Origin: Methanocaldococcus indicus | GTDB taxonomy: Archaea; AGJL01; Methanococci; Methanococcales; Methanocaldococcaceae | Assembly (NCBI RefSeq): GCF_049554935.1 | Contig: NZ_CP186926.1 | Location: 960,001-1,024,000, forward strand | Reading direction: 5' to 3' | DNA length: 64,000 bases | Shown: one piece after another, positions 13,762 through 26,142 of the stretch | How the letters are laid out: every line of letters starts with the position of its first letter | How positions within the stretch are numbered: the first letter of the stretch is position 1 | Made by a program: the position numbers and the translations under genes | The notes under the pieces: model-generated | Seen by the model: the letters and a program-made list of their open reading frames with translations, nothing else | The model's database searches: none | What the model was told of the DNA's origin: nothing

Positions 13762-14384
13762 TACATTTTAAAAATATATTTGAATTCTTTAAATATTTTG
13801 TTTTTGTCTTTCTCTAAAAGTTTATCTAAGATGTATATATTACAATTTTTTGAGATTTCTTCTTTATCTAAGTTCCATTTAAATTTTTTAGTTGTTGCAA
13901 TAACTCCATTTTTTATATTTAGTAGGTTCATAACTCCAAGAAGTTTTAAAAGAGTATTAGAGCCAACAAATTTATTTTTGCACTCAAAAATTATTATTTT
14001 GTTGTTATACTCTACTAATAAATCAATTTCTGTTAATCCACTATCTTTGTATTTAACATCTAAGTTTCTTACTACTTTAACATCTTTTTTAGATTCTCTA
14101 AAAAACTCTAAGACAGTGTAATACAACCAAAATTCAAATATCATTCCTGGATTTAAATTAGGTTTTTTACAAAAATGTAAATCAAGAATATTTTTTAATT
14201 TATTTATATATTCACATTCTTCTAAGGTTAAAAGGACTTTTCTATAACTAACCTTATTTAATGATTGATTAAACAATTCATTTAATGTATTTTGAAATTT
14301 CTCACAGGAGTATCCTCTTAATAGATAGTTATTAATTTTTATTTTAACTTCTTTTTCATCCTTTAATCTTAATGAGTTTAACAT
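13761..14384 (-). CDS. PD-(D/E)XK restriction-endonuclease-like protein
   Basis: GMIFE...EIDLLV...IFECK. Confidence 0.65.
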
Positions 14385-14460
14385 TGTTATAACTCCACAT
14401 AATAATTTTATATTAATAAGTTAGTTGTTCATTAAATAAAAAAATTTTGAGGAGATATGT

Positions 14461-15366
14461 ATGTTAAATATTGAGCTTTGTGGAGTCAAGTTTAAAAATC
14501 CTGTATTTTTGGCAAGTGGAATAATGGGCTCAACAGGAAAATCTTTATTAAAAATGGCTAAATGTGGTGCTGGGGCAGTTACTACAAAATCAATATCTCT
14601 AAATGAAAGAGAAGGTCACAAGAATCCAACAATTGTAGAGTTAGATGATAGTTTATTAAATGCTATTGGATTATGTAGTCCTGGAGTAGATGAATTTTTA
14701 GAAGAAATAAAAGAAATAAAAAGTTATCTAAATAAGATGAATACTAAGTTAATTGTATCTATTTTTGGAGAAAATGAGGAAGAATTTAAAGAAATTGCTA
14801 AAAAAGTTGAACATCTTGCAGATATTATTGAGTTAAATATTTCTTGTCCTCATGCAAAAGGAGTAAATAAAATTATAGGGCAGAATCCTGATTTAACTTA
14901 TTCAATATGTAAGGAAGTAAAAAAATCTGTTAAAGTTCCTGTTTTTGTTAAATTAACTCCAAATGTAACTGATGTGATAGAAATTGCCTCAGCTGCAAAT
15001 GATGCTAAAATTGATGGATTTACAGCAATAAACACTGTTAGAGGTCTCGCAATAGATATAAAAGCTAAAAAACCAATATTGGCAAATAAATTTGGGGGAT
15101 TGAGTGGAAAGGCAATAAAACCTATTGGATTAAGAGTAGTTTATGAACTTTATGAAAACTTCAATAAGCCAATTATAGGAGTGGGAGGTATCTTTTCTGG
15201 ATATGATGCTATTGAATATTTCTTAGCAGGAGCTTCAGCTGTGCAAGTAGGAACAGCTGTATTAAAAGATTATGAAATTTTTAAAAAAATAAACAAAGAA
15301 ATAGAAGAGTATTTGTTAGAAGAAAATTTAACTTTAAAAGATATTGTAGGATTAGCTCATGAATAA
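14461..15366 (+). CDS. pyrD: Dihydroorotate dehydrogenase family 1
   Basis: NPVFLASG, ELNISCPH, KLTPN, GGLSG. Confidence 0.95.
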   Translation: MLNIELCGVKFKNPVFLASGIMGSTGKSLLKMAKCGAGAVTTKSISLNEREGHKNPTIVELDDSLLNAIGLCSPGVDEFLEEIKEIKSYLNKMNTKLIVSIFGENEEEFKEIAKKVEHLADIIELNISCPHAKGVNKIIGQNPDLTYSICKEVKKSVKVPVFVKLTPNVTDVIEIASAANDAKIDGFTAINTVRGLAIDIKAKKPILANKFGGLSGKAIKPIGLRVVYELYENFNKPIIGVGGIFSGYDAIEYFLAGASAVQVGTAVLKDYEIFKKINKEIEEYLLEENLTLKDIVGLAHE

Positions 15367-15383
15367 AAAAAAAGTTTTTTGAT

Positions 15384-15692
15384 TTATCCAAATAAAGCTG
15401 CCAATCCTGCAGCTGCAGCTCCAACATCTTCCTCTTTCTTCTCTTCTTTCTTCTCTTCTTCTTTTTTCTCCTCTTCTGCTGGTGCAGGAGCAGCAGCTGG
15501 AGCAGCTGCAACTGGCATTGCTGCATTTGCTATTGCTTCTTCAATATCTACTCCTTCTAATCCAGCAACTAATGCCTTAACTCTTGCTTCATCTACTTCT
15601 ACACCTGCTGCAGATAAAACTGCTTTTAAGTTTTCTTCATTTATTTCTTTTCCAGCTGCATGTAATAATAATGCTGCATATATGTATTCCAT
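15384..15692 (-). CDS. rpl12: Ribosomal protein L12 (aP1)
   Basis: [10 protein letters not shown]...GLAALFG. Confidence 0.97.
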   Translation of the reverse strand: MEYIYAALLLHAAGKEINEENLKAVLSAAGVEVDEARVKALVAGLEGVDIEEAIANAAMPVAAAPAAAPAPAEEEKKEEEKKEEKKEEDVGAAAAGLAALFG

Positions 15693-15799
15693 TTTTTACA
15701 CCTCCAAAGTTGTATTATGTGTTTTTATATTTTTCAAACCTAAATAGAAAAAATGTTTAAGGAGTTTATATATTTTAAATAGTTATAAATAATTTTCGG

Positions 15800-16816
15800 T
15801 TAGAACAAGAAAGCCAAACCAGCTGCGGCAGTTTCTTCTTCTTTCTTCTCTTCTTCTTTTTTCTCCTCTTCTTTTGGTGTTTCTTCTTTTTTCTCTTCTA
15901 CAACTGGTTGTGAAGATAATTTTTCTTTAATTTCTTCATCTAATGCTTCATCTGGAAGTTTAGATGCTAATGCTAATGCTTGTGCATAAGCTTTTGCTAA
16001 GATATCTGGAGCAGTATCTTTACTTACATAGCAAGCTTCAATAGCAACAGCTTTTGCATTGATAAATGCTTTTTGTAAGAGGAGTGGTAAAACTTCCTTA
16101 GCTGGATATGCTATATTAAATGCTAAGTTCATTGCTTGTTGATAAGCCAACTGAATATCATTGTATAATTTTTCTTCATCAACTTTTAAAGTATCTGGTG
16201 TATAAATAATTCCATCTTCATAAACAGCTAATATATCTAAACCAACTTTAATAGGCTTTATACCCAATTTGTTTAATACATTAGCAACTTCTTGAGAAAC
16301 TACTTCTCCTTTTTTAACAACAACTTTGTCCTCTTTTATAGCAATTTTACCTTTTTCTATTGCTGCTGGAATTCCTACTCTTTTTAATTCAGATAAGAAA
16401 GGCCCTGGAGGAATTCCAGTAGAACCTTTTTCAACTTTTATATCACAAGGAGCAATTTGTCCTGCTTTAACAGGAGCAGGACTTTTATTTTCTTCTAACA
16501 TTTTGTAGAGTTTGAAAGGATTCATATCAGTAACTAAGATAGCTGCCCCTCTTTCTATATAATTAGCTAATTCAGCTAATTTTGGATTGTTCAATTCTTG
16601 AGCAGCTTCTTTTAAAGCTCTCTCTATTAAAGTGTTTCTTGACATTCTTAATTTAACTTTATCTCTTATTTTGTCTCTTATTTCTTGTAATTGAGGGGCT
16701 GGAACATCCATCATATCTACTAATGCAACAACAGGCTTACTTTTAATTAGCCCCTTTAATGTTTTTACTTCCTCAAACTTCCAAGGGGCTACATGAGCTT
16801 TAACTTTTGTCTCCAT
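15800..16816 (-). CDS. rpl10: Ribosomal protein L10 (P0)
   Basis: HVAPWK, SRNTL, TGIPPGP, acidic tail. Confidence 0.97.
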   Translation of the reverse strand: METKVKAHVAPWKFEEVKTLKGLIKSKPVVALVDMMDVPAPQLQEIRDKIRDKVKLRMSRNTLIERALKEAAQELNNPKLAELANYIERGAAILVTDMNPFKLYKMLEENKSPAPVKAGQIAPCDIKVEKGSTGIPPGPFLSELKRVGIPAAIEKGKIAIKEDKVVVKKGEVVSQEVANVLNKLGIKPIKVGLDILAVYEDGIIYTPDTLKVDEEKLYNDIQLAYQQAMNLAFNIAYPAKEVLPLLLQKAFINAKAVAIEACYVSKDTAPDILAKAYAQALALASKLPDEALDEEIKEKLSSQPVVEEKKEETPKEEEKKEEEKKEEETAAAGLAFLF

Positions 16817-16830
16817 AAATTATCCCCTAT

Positions 16831-17496
16831 TTATTTTTTCTTTTTCTTATCTTTGTCTTTTTCTATTTTTATAGCTGGTCCCATTGTTAATTTTACATAA
16901 GCATCTTTTATATGGTAGAGTCCTTTTTCATACTTTTGTGCAACAACATTTAAAACAGCTTCAATATTATCAACTATCTGCTCATCAGTCATTTTTTCAT
17001 TTCCTACTAATACTTGGAAGTAAGGTTTATCTCTTGTGTTTATAACAACTGTCTTTTTTAATCTTTCAACTAATGGTTTTATATTTGCATTTGCTGGAAC
17101 TGGCTTAGGCATTTTACCTCTTGGACCTAAAATAACTCCCCAATATCTACCAATTAGAGGCATTAAATCTGCCTGAGCAATAAAGAAGTCATGAGCTTTT
17201 GCTAATTTTCTTAATTCTCTTTTATTTTTACCAAGTTCTTCAATTTGTTCCTTTCTAATAGCAGTTAATCCTAATTCTTCTGCCTGTTTTATTAAATCTC
17301 CTGTACCAATAACAGCTATTCTTGCTGGTTTTCCTCTACCATGAGGTAAGACAACTTCTGCTTTTATTCTGTTTTCAGGTTTTCTCATATCAATTTCTTT
17401 TAATGTAGCAATAAATTCAAAGGATTGTGTGAAGTTTCTCGGCTTCGCCTTTTGGCGAGCCTCCTTCACTGCTTGTAAAATTGCTTCTCTGTCCAT
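16831..17496 (-). CDS. rpl1: Ribosomal protein L1
   Basis: [24 protein letters not shown]; ATG 17496 after GGGAGG. Confidence 0.96.
   Translation of the reverse strand: MDREAILQAVKEARQKAKPRNFTQSFEFIATLKEIDMRKPENRIKAEVVLPHGRGKPARIAVIGTGDLIKQAEELGLTAIRKEQIEELGKNKRELRKLAKAHDFFIAQADLMPLIGRYWGVILGPRGKMPKPVPANANIKPLVERLKKTVVINTRDKPYFQVLVGNEKMTDEQIVDNIEAVLNVVAQKYEKGLYHIKDAYVKLTMGPAIKIEKDKDKKKKK
17429..17469 (-). promoter_or_regulatory. L1 autoregulatory mRNA structure inside rpl1
   Basis: GC-rich gtgaag-gag-gct-cgcc-aaaa-ggcg-aagcc-gagaaa-cttcac ~28 nt after ATG; position matches the known Methanococcales L1-operon binding site. Confidence 0.75.
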
Positions 17497-17736
17497 AGAT
17501 TCCTCCCTGTTTATTTTTTGTTTCAAGAAAAGAGAAAACAAATATTTGCTAAGATTCTATTATCTTAGATTTTATGTAGTAAAAAGCACACACTATATAT
17601 AAAACTTTCTATAATTAATATTTGTGGTAATTTATATAATGAAATATACAAATATTAGGTAAGTTATAACCCATTATATTCAATATATTCTTAAATTCTT
17701 ATTCAAAATTGAAATTATGGAAAAAATAAAAAAATT

Positions 17737-18169
<433 letters not shown>

Positions 18170-18251
18170 AGCGCAACGTTGTTAGGGACTCAGGATACCC
18201 CAAAGATGGTTAGCGTTGCGCCCACCCCAATTCACTATAAATTATAACAAC

Positions 18252-18268
18252 AATATAAAAATTTTGCG
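18252..18268 (-). promoter_or_regulatory. Putative BRE-TATA promoter of the small RNA
   Basis: cgcaaaat-ttttatatt about 25 nt before the GC-rich segment; AT-rich context limits certainty. Confidence 0.5.
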
Positions 18269-18424
18269 ATTTTAATTTACTAATTTAGATATAAAAATTA
18301 AAGTTAATTTTAAATATAATAAAACTAATTTTAATATTGATTATTAAATAATGATAATAAATTATAAATATTAGTTATTACATGATATTATTTACAACTT
18401 GAATTGTATTACTACGGTGATAAT

Positions 18425-18613
18425 ATGGATGAGATAGATAGAAAAGCCGTATCCATATTATTAAATGCTCCAACAGTAAATGAGCAAGAACTAAAAATTA
18501 TATTAAGAGAATTAAGGAACTTAGCTAAATATAAAAGAAAAAAAGAAAATTTATCAAAACATGTTAATGAAATTTTGGATTATTGGGCATCTATTGCTTA
18601 TAAGATGTGTTAA
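18425..18613 (+). CDS. Small hypothetical protein
   Basis: GGTGA RBS then ATG 18425. Confidence 0.65.
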   Translation: MDEIDRKAVSILLNAPTVNEQELKIILRELRNLAKYKRKKENLSKHVNEILDYWASIAYKMC

Positions 18614-18628
18614 ATTTTTAAATATTCC

Positions 18629-19207
18629 TTATTGTTGTTTTTCTTCTTCTTTTGCTTTTTTGTAAGATTCTTCTAATTTTTTAATAGCTAACCTAACTCC
18701 TTCTTCTATTTCTGCATGGAAGATATTTCCTAAATTGATTAATACAATAACAGCCCAGATAACAATTAATATTAAAACAATTCCAGCAATAACTGGAGCT
18801 ATTCCTGCTAATATTGGCAATGCAAATATATAGGCAATTATTACAACTATTAAGTATGCTAATCCTCTAAAACCTCTTCTATACTTTTTTAATTTTTCAT
18901 CAGTTATTCTTTCTCCTGCAATTATTGCTGCTATAATATCAGCAATACCATCCATTAATTCTCCAAAATCTTTTGCTATTCTTAAAAATATAAACAACAA
19001 AGCTAAACCTATAATTATAGAAATTATAGGTTTTAGAGCAGTTAATCCAAATAAATAAGGATTGCCTAACATATCAGCCAATGGAATAAATACCAAAACC
19101 CCAAATAACCAAATTAAAGCAGCTACTACTAAACTTACTATTATTTGTGGAGCATTTTCTTTTAATTTTAAAATTCCTTCTTCATATACTTTTTCAGCAA
19201 TCTTCAT
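18629..19207 (-). CDS. Hypothetical membrane protein (about 4 TM)
   Basis: Four hydrophobic segments; GAGGTG RBS. Confidence 0.8.
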   Translation of the reverse strand: MKIAEKVYEEGILKLKENAPQIIVSLVVAALIWLFGVLVFIPLADMLGNPYLFGLTALKPIISIIIGLALLFIFLRIAKDFGELMDGIADIIAAIIAGERITDEKLKKYRRGFRGLAYLIVVIIAYIFALPILAGIAPVIAGIVLILIVIWAVIVLINLGNIFHAEIEEGVRLAIKKLEESYKKAKEEEKQQ

Positions 19208-19459
19208 GAATAACACCTCTTATATTTTTTTTATATTTATATTCTTATTTTTTAATGTCAATTTCTAATCAATCTAATATATATAATTTACTGCAAATGA
19301 ATTCATATAAATATTAAACAGAATATAAAAATATAATGATTCAATAGTATATAATAAATAATTGAAATAAATAATTTAATGAGGATATCTAACATTTAAA
19401 TAGCTTTAATAATAATTTAGGAATAATGAAATAATAATATAAATAATTTTGGTGAAAAT

Positions 19460-19903
19460 ATGTATAAGAAAATAGTTATTCCTACTGATGGCTCAGATGT
19501 TTCTAATGAAGCACTTAAGCATGGATATTATATAGCAAAAAAGATGGATGCAGAAGTTTATGTTATATATGTTGTTGATATCTCACCATTTGTAGGTTTG
19601 CCTGCTGAGGGTACTTGGGAAATGATTGAACAGATGTTAAAAGAAGAAGGAGAAGAAATTCTAAAAAAATCTAAAGAAATTGCCAATGAATATGACTTAG
19701 ATGTTAAAACTGAACTTTTAGAAGGAATTCCTGCTAAAGAGATTGTAGAATTTGCTGAAAAGATTAAGGCAGATTTAATAGTTATGGGAACAACTGGAAA
19801 AACAGGTTTAGAAAGAATTTTATTAGGAAGTGTAGCTGAAAGAGTAATTAAGAATTCCCACTGTCCTGTTTTAGTTGTAAAAAAACCAAAAAAAGAAGAA
19901 TAA
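19460..19903 (+). CDS. Universal stress protein
   Basis: IVIPTDGS, DLIVMGTTG...LLGSVAERV. Confidence 0.93.
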   Translation: MYKKIVIPTDGSDVSNEALKHGYYIAKKMDAEVYVIYVVDISPFVGLPAEGTWEMIEQMLKEEGEEILKKSKEIANEYDLDVKTELLEGIPAKEIVEFAEKIKADLIVMGTTGKTGLERILLGSVAERVIKNSHCPVLVVKKPKKEE

Positions 19904-21076
19904 TTAAATTAAATCTTTAAAGTATTTTAATAATTTTGGTTTTACTATAATTTTTTTAATAAACTTTTTTAAATCAATATCATCTAACTTCTCTCCTAAG
20001 GTTTTAGCTAATTCATCTAACTCTTCATCATCCATTTTTTCTAAGATTTTTCTATATTTTAAATGAGATATTAGATAATTGTAATGTCTCTCTTTCCATC
20101 TATCCTCATAAACTTTGAGATATTCTTCCGACCAATTTTTATTTTTAATGGCTTCTCCAGCCACTTCACCAGCTATAAATCCACAATCCATAGCTAAATA
20201 TATCCCTCCACCAGTAAGAGGACTTATTTGTCCAGCTGCATCTCCAACTACCAAAACTCCATCAGTATATGTCTTCTCTATTGGCCCAGAAACTGGAGCT
20301 CCTCCAACTTTAAACTCTATTGGGGTAGCCTTATCTAATCTATCTTTAACTAAGTTATACTCTAAAAATTCATAAAGATAATCTATTGCTTTTTTCTTTT
20401 TGTCTCTAACACCTAAACCAACATTTGCTGTTTCTCCCTTAGGAAATATCCAAGCATAACCTTTTGGAGCAATATCATTTCCAAAATAAAACTCCATCAT
20501 CTCATTGTTTATAAATTTAACATTAACCATCTCAAACTCTGCACATGAACAAACTTCTAATGGTTTCTTTTTACATTTTAAACCAGCATACTCTGCTATA
20601 TTACTCTCAACCCCATCAGCTGCTATAACTATCTTACTTCTAACTTCATACTCATCTCCTAAGTATTCAACTACAACAATCCACTCATCTCCATCTCTTT
20701 CCAATCTTAGAGCTGTTGATTTTATAGAACATTTAGCTCCAGCTTTTACTGCTCTTATTGCAAGATATTTATCAAAAATTTTCCTTTCTACAACATAACC
20801 TTGTGCTTTGTCTTGTCTAATCTCTATTCTATACCCTGATGGAGAAAATAAATATCCTCCAACTATTTTGTTTCTTATAAATTCTTCTTTTGGTTCAATA
20901 CCAAAATCTTCTAAAAAAGGAATTGCCTCTGCACATCTTACAGGTTCTCCTATCTCTTGGCTTTTTTCAATTAAAAGTGTTTTAGCACCTTTCTTAGCTG
21001 ATGAGTATGCTGCACAACTACCTCCAGGTCCTGCTCCAACTACAACTACATCATAACTCTCTTTAAGCTCTTTCAT
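19904..21076 (-). CDS. Geranylgeranyl reductase family (DGGGPL reductase)
   Basis: [37 protein letters not shown]. Confidence 0.9.
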   Translation of the reverse strand: MKELKESYDVVVVGAGPGGSCAAYSSAKKGAKTLLIEKSQEIGEPVRCAEAIPFLEDFGIEPKEEFIRNKIVGGYLFSPSGYRIEIRQDKAQGYVVERKIFDKYLAIRAVKAGAKCSIKSTALRLERDGDEWIVVVEYLGDEYEVRSKIVIAADGVESNIAEYAGLKCKKKPLEVCSCAEFEMVNVKFINNEMMEFYFGNDIAPKGYAWIFPKGETANVGLGVRDKKKKAIDYLYEFLEYNLVKDRLDKATPIEFKVGGAPVSGPIEKTYTDGVLVVGDAAGQISPLTGGGIYLAMDCGFIAGEVAGEAIKNKNWSEEYLKVYEDRWKERHYNYLISHLKYRKILEKMDDEELDELAKTLGEKLDDIDLKKFIKKIIVKPKLLKYFKDLI

Positions 21077-21245
21077 TATCTCCCTCTAATGCATTTAAAG
21101 GACATATAATTACACAAGATAAGCAGTTGTTACACTTATTTTTATCAATAATTATTGTTTCTTCAATTAGTTGGATAGCTAATCTTTCACAAACTCCTAC
21201 ACAAGCTCCACAATGGCCACATCTTAGAAAATTAAATTTAACCAT
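21063..21245 (-). CDS. 2[4Fe-4S] ferredoxin
   Basis: [11 protein letters not shown] and [12 protein letters not shown]. Confidence 0.9.
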   Translation of the reverse strand: MVKFNFLRCGHCGACVGVCERLAIQLIEETIIIDKNKCNNCLSCVIICPLNALEGDNERA

Positions 21246-21756
21246 AATCTCCCTCTAAGAAGTATTTTATATCAATTAAAGAGTTATTTTCATCTAATAA
21301 ACAAAGCAATAATTTTTTGTATGGTTTATTAGGAACAGGTATTTCTAAGGTTATTGTTCTTTCTTCATTTGGTTTAAGAGTTATAAAATCTGACTCTTTT
21401 GGATTATATACATATCCATTTCCTATATCAAATGTAGCATAAACCTTAAACTTTCCTGTTCTATTTCCAAAGTTTTTTATTTTGAATACAAACTTTACAA
21501 ACTTATAATTTCTCTCTGTATATAAATAAGCTTTACAGTCCCAGACATAAAGAGGTTTATTATATGATATAACAAAAATTTTAGATTTTTTGTTTAAATA
21601 TTCTTCTGGAATATCTCCAATCTTCCAACCTTGTGATGTTGTTTCAATATAGTAGTAGTGTTTATTGTTATAAGAATAATAATATCCAGGAGAATTGTTT
21701 AAAGCTATTCCTACTGTAATATGGTTATTAAACTCTATCAAAGCTACATCATAACC
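21238..21756 (-). pseudogene. 5'-truncated transglutaminase-like protein with Ig-like C-terminus
   Basis: Frame begins after a stop with GYDVALIEFNNHITVG..YYYIETT..WKIG; N-terminal catalytic-Cys region missing. Confidence 0.55.
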
Positions 21757-21840
21757 CTATGTTATTAAGAAATTATTCCACAACATTTATAAACTTAGTT
21801 ATTATTATACTAACTGAAATAAAATTATAATGGTGATTGA

Positions 21841-22653
21841 ATGTCTTTATTGTATAAAGAAATCCAAAAATATGAGTCTATACTCAATGAAATAAAAAAG
21901 TTCCCTGGAATACTAAATATTGATGTTATAGATAAAGATACAGGAGAGCCTGTACTTTCACATAATTATAATAGTGAAAGATTGCATATAATTCCTCTAT
22001 TAAATAGTTTAGTATCTGACATGTTAAATAAAGAACTATGTAGTACTGACGAAATAGTAATAAAAAATAAGGATAAAAAGTATTTAATTAAACCATTAAA
22101 TAATACAATAATCATTATTGAGTATTTATTGGAATTTGAATCTGAAGTTTTTAATATTATTAAAAAATTTGAAGGTATTATAAATAAAATTGACAAATTA
22201 ACATATAAAAATTTATCAGTTATTCCTCTAAAATCTATTTTAGATAATTCAAAGAAAAAAAAGGTATCTGTAGCATTATTCAGATTATTTAGATTTGTTG
22301 ATTTTGATAAGTATTTTAATATTTCCAATGAGAAGATAATGTTTTATTTTGGAAAAGAAATTATAAGTTCTCTAAATTTAAGAAAATTTGAGGATTTTGT
22401 AGAATTTTTCAAAGAGTATGATATTGGAAAGATAGATATAACTAATAAAAACCCAATAACTGTAGATGTATATGATTGTATATCATGCTCAGGTATTGGT
22501 AATATAAATAGGACCCTATGTTACTTTGAAGCAGGACTAATTTCAGGATTTTTTGAAGAACAAAAAAATATAAAATTTGATATAACAGAAGTAAAGTGTT
22601 GTGGTTTAGGAGATAATTTTTGTAGATTTTTATTAACTTCCAAAAAAATTTAA
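21841..22653 (+). CDS. Roadblock/longin-like plus V4R domain protein
   Basis: VYDCISC..LCYFEAGLISG..EVKCCGLGDNFCRF V4R motif. Confidence 0.8.
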   Translation: MSLLYKEIQKYESILNEIKKFPGILNIDVIDKDTGEPVLSHNYNSERLHIIPLLNSLVSDMLNKELCSTDEIVIKNKDKKYLIKPLNNTIIIIEYLLEFESEVFNIIKKFEGIINKIDKLTYKNLSVIPLKSILDNSKKKKVSVALFRLFRFVDFDKYFNISNEKIMFYFGKEIISSLNLRKFEDFVEFFKEYDIGKIDITNKNPITVDVYDCISCSGIGNINRTLCYFEAGLISGFFEEQKNIKFDITEVKCCGLGDNFCRFLLTSKKI

Positions 22654-22674
22654 AATATTTTTTGGTGTTGTAAA

Positions 22675-25600
22675 TTGTTAAAGAGAATTGTATTAAAAAA
22701 TTTTAAGTCATTTAAGAATTTAGAGTTAGAGATTCCAGAAGGTTTTACAGCAATTGTAGGACCAAATGGCTCTGGAAAAAGTAATATTGTAGATGCTATT
22801 TTATTTGTTTTAGGAAGAAGTTCTGCAAAAAAACTTAGGGCTGATAGATTTAAGAATCTAATAACTTATCATAATGGTAGAAGAGCAGACTATGCAGAAG
22901 TTGCTATTTTCCTAAAAAATGATAAAATTAAAGATTTACCAGAAGAATTTGGTATTTTGAGAAGAATAAAAAAATCTGGTGAGACTGATTATTATTTAAT
23001 CTTAGAAGATAAAAGAAAGAAATTAACAAAAACTGAAATAATTGATATATTCAGAAAAATGAATTTATTGAATAATAATGTTATCTCTCAAGGAGATTTA
23101 GCAAAAATAATAAATATTTCTCCAATAGAAAGGAGAAAAATTATAGATGAAATTAGTGGAATTGCTGAATTTGATGAGAAAAAAAAGAAAGCAGAAGAAG
23201 AGTTAAAAAAGGCAAGGGAATTAATTGAGATGATAGATATAAGGATTAGTGAAGTTAAAAATCAACTTAATAGATTAAAGAAAGAGAAAGAAGATGCTGA
23301 AAAATATTTAAAATTAAAAGATTTATTAAATAGAGCAAGATACACACTATATTTAAAAAAAGTTGAATATTTAAGAGAAGTAATTAACAATATAAACAAC
23401 AATATAACTCATCTAAAAGAAAAAAAAGAGAAGTTAAATAAGGATATTAAAATTATTGAAGAAGAAATTTCTAAGAAAAATAATGAATTAAAAAATATTT
23501 TAAGCAAATTAGAGGATAAAGAAGTTATATCATTATATAAAGAAATAAAAGAGTTGGAGTTAGAGATAGAGAATGACAAAAAACTTTTATCTAAACTTAA
23601 AGATGAAGCTAAGAATATAAATAAGGATATAATTAAAAAGAATGAAGAGCTAAAAGATACTATAAAAAAATTGGAAGAATACAAGGAAATAATAAAAAAT
23701 AAAGAAAAGATTTTAGAGGATATTAATAAAAAACTTTATGATTTAACAAAATTAAGAGATGATTTAATAAATAAAATTAAAGATATTAATGAAGAAATAA
23801 ATTCTTTAAAGGAGAAAGAGAATATTCTTAATAGAAAGATTAATGAGAAACAAAATCTATTATATAGCTATAAAGAAAATCTAAGTCAGATTGAGCTAAA
23901 AATAAACCAATTAAACTATGAGCTAAAAAGAAACATTGAAACAATAAAAAAACTAAAAGATGAAATTGACAACATCAAAGAATATGATACAAAAGAACTA
24001 TATTTAAAATTAGAAAACATAAAAGTAGAGATAGAATTTAAGAAAAAGCAAATTAAAGAATTAGAAGAAAAAGAAAAGGAGATTAGAGAAAAACTAAATA
24101 AGTTATATGTAGAATATACAAAGGAAGAAACTAAGATTAAGGCATTGAAAGAACTTGAAGATATACATTTAGATAGAGCAATAAAAGAAGTTTTAAAACT
24201 TCCAGGAGTTATTGATGTTGTAGGTAACTTAGGTAAGACAAAGAAAGAGTATAAATTAGCTATTGAAGTAGCTGGTGGTAATAGATTAAATTATGTTGTT
24301 ACTGAGGATATTGATTCAGCTATAAATGCCATAAACTATTTAAAAAAACACAAATTAGGAAGAGTTACATTTTTACCATTAGATAAGGTTAAAGGTAGAA
24401 AAGCTAAGAATATTTATGAAGATGGAGTTATTGGTAATGCTATTGATTTAGTTGATTTTGATGAGAAATATAGGAATATATTTGAGTTTGTATTTGGAGA
24501 TACTGTTATTGTTGAGAATATTGAGATAGCAAAAGAACTCTCTAAGAAATATAATGTTAGATTTGTTACATTAGAGGGAGAGGTAATTGAAAGTTCAGGA
24601 GCTTTAATTGGTGGAACTTTTAAAAGTAGAGCTAAAATTATGATAGATGTTGATGAAAATAAAATTAAATCAATAGCTAATAAAATTAAAGAGTTAGATA
24701 AAGAATTAGAGAAAATTAAAAATGAATTATCTAATAACAACAAATCTCTAAAAGAACTATTAGCAAAGAAAATAGAATTAGAGAACAAATTAGAATTCAT
24801 TAAAAAAGAAAATTTAAGATTAGAGAAGCTAAAAGAGACAAATAAAAAGAAGATTAATGAGCTAAACTTTATTAATAAAGAACTTAATTTGAAACTTGAA
24901 AATCTTAATAAAGAGAGAAACGATTTAGTTGAAAAGATTAAAGAATTGGAAGATGAGATAAAAACATTAGTTAAAGAAAGGGATGAAATTTTAGCTCAAT
25001 TAAAACAATATGAAAATAGAGAAGAATTTATAAAATTAAAAGATATTGAAAATGAGATAAATGAGCTTTCTATTAAGAAGAACACTATACTTAATGAAAT
25101 TAACAAATATAAAACTTTGGTTGATGAAATTTTAAACCAGAAAATTGAAGAATTAACTTTAAAAATAGAGGAACTAAATAAAAAATTATTCTCCATTAAT
25201 GAAAATATAAAAATATATGAAGAAAATATAAATAAAAACTTAGAGATATTAAAAGAGAAAAAAGATAAGTATGAAAAAATATCAAAAGATTTAAAGGAAC
25301 TAAATAATAAAAAGATTCAAATAGAGTCTGAAATAAGTTCCCTAAAATCTAAAAAATCTGATTTATGGAATGAAATAAATAAGATAGAGAATGAAATAAC
25401 TAAACTTCTATTAGATAAGACAAAATTTGAGACAAAACTTGAAGAAGAAGAGAGAAATCTATATTTATGTGAGATTAAGGAAGTTGATAAAGAACTTTTA
25501 CAAAAACCAATTAAAGATATAGAACTAACAATATACAAAATTGAAGAAGAAATTAGACAATTAGAGCCAGTAAATATGAAGGCAATTGAAGACTATAATT

Positions 25601-26142
25601 TTATTTATGAAAGATTTAATGAACTAATAAAAAAGAGAGAAATTTATGAAATAGATGAAAAGAAATATTTAGAAATGTTAAGAGAGATTGAAAAAAAGAA
25701 AAAAGAAGTATTTTTAGATACATTCAATAAAATTGCTAAGAACTTTGAGGAAGTTTATAAACAAATTGGAGGAATTGGAAAACTTAGGTTAGAGAACAAA
25801 AATAATCCATTTGAAGGAGGATTGTTGATAGATGCATCTCCAAAAGGTAAAAAACTTATTAGCTTAGAAAGTATGAGTGGGGGAGAAAAAGCTTTAACTT
25901 CATTAGCATTTTTATTTGCAATTCAAAAATTAAATCCTTCCTTATTCTATGTGTTAGATGAAGTAGATGCTCCATTAGATGTAAAAAATGTCTCATTAAT
26001 TGCTGAAATGATTAAAAATCAGTCAAAACAAAGTCAGTTTATTGTTATTAGCCATAGAGAACAGATGATTAATAAGGCTGATACAGTTTATGGAGTATAT
26101 ATGGAAAATGGATTAAGTAAAGTTGTAGGAATTAAATTATAA
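22675..26142 (+). CDS. smc: Chromosome segregation protein SMC
   Basis: GPNGSGKSN, coiled coils, hinge, MSGGEK, LDEVDA. Confidence 0.97.
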   Translation: MLKRIVLKNFKSFKNLELEIPEGFTAIVGPNGSGKSNIVDAILFVLGRSSAKKLRADRFKNLITYHNGRRADYAEVAIFLKNDKIKDLPEEFGILRRIKKSGETDYYLILEDKRKKLTKTEIIDIFRKMNLLNNNVISQGDLAKIINISPIERRKIIDEISGIAEFDEKKKKAEEELKKARELIEMIDIRISEVKNQLNRLKKEKEDAEKYLKLKDLLNRARYTLYLKKVEYLREVINNINNNITHLKEKKEKLNKDIKIIEEEISKKNNELKNILSKLEDKEVISLYKEIKELELEIENDKKLLSKLKDEAKNINKDIIKKNEELKDTIKKLEEYKEIIKNKEKILEDINKKLYDLTKLRDDLINKIKDINEEINSLKEKENILNRKINEKQNLLYSYKENLSQIELKINQLNYELKRNIETIKKLKDEIDNIKEYDTKELYLKLENIKVEIEFKKKQIKELEEKEKEIREKLNKLYVEYTKEETKIKALKELEDIHLDRAIKEVLKLPGVIDVVGNLGKTKKEYKLAIEVAGGNRLNYVVTEDIDSAINAINYLKKHKLGRVTFLPLDKVKGRKAKNIYEDGVIGNAIDLVDFDEKYRNIFEFVFGDTVIVENIEIAKELSKKYNVRFVTLEGEVIESSGALIGGTFKSRAKIMIDVDENKIKSIANKIKELDKELEKIKNELSNNNKSLKELLAKKIELENKLEFIKKENLRLEKLKETNKKKINELNFINKELNLKLENLNKERNDLVEKIKELEDEIKTLVKERDEILAQLKQYENREEFIKLKDIENEINELSIKKNTILNEINKYKTLVDEILNQKIEELTLKIEELNKKLFSINENIKIYEENINKNLEILKEKKDKYEKISKDLKELNNKKIQIESEISSLKSKKSDLWNEINKIENEITKLLLDKTKFETKLEEEERNLYLCEIKEVDKELLQKPIKDIELTIYKIEEEIRQLEPVNMKAIEDYNFIYERFNELIKKREIYEIDEKKYLEMLREIEKKKKEVFLDTFNKIAKNFEEVYKQIGGIGKLRLENKNNPFEGGLLIDASPKGKKLISLESMSGGEKALTSLAFLFAIQKLNPSLFYVLDEVDAPLDVKNVSLIAEMIKNQSKQSQFIVISHREQMINKADTVYGVYMENGLSKVVGIKL

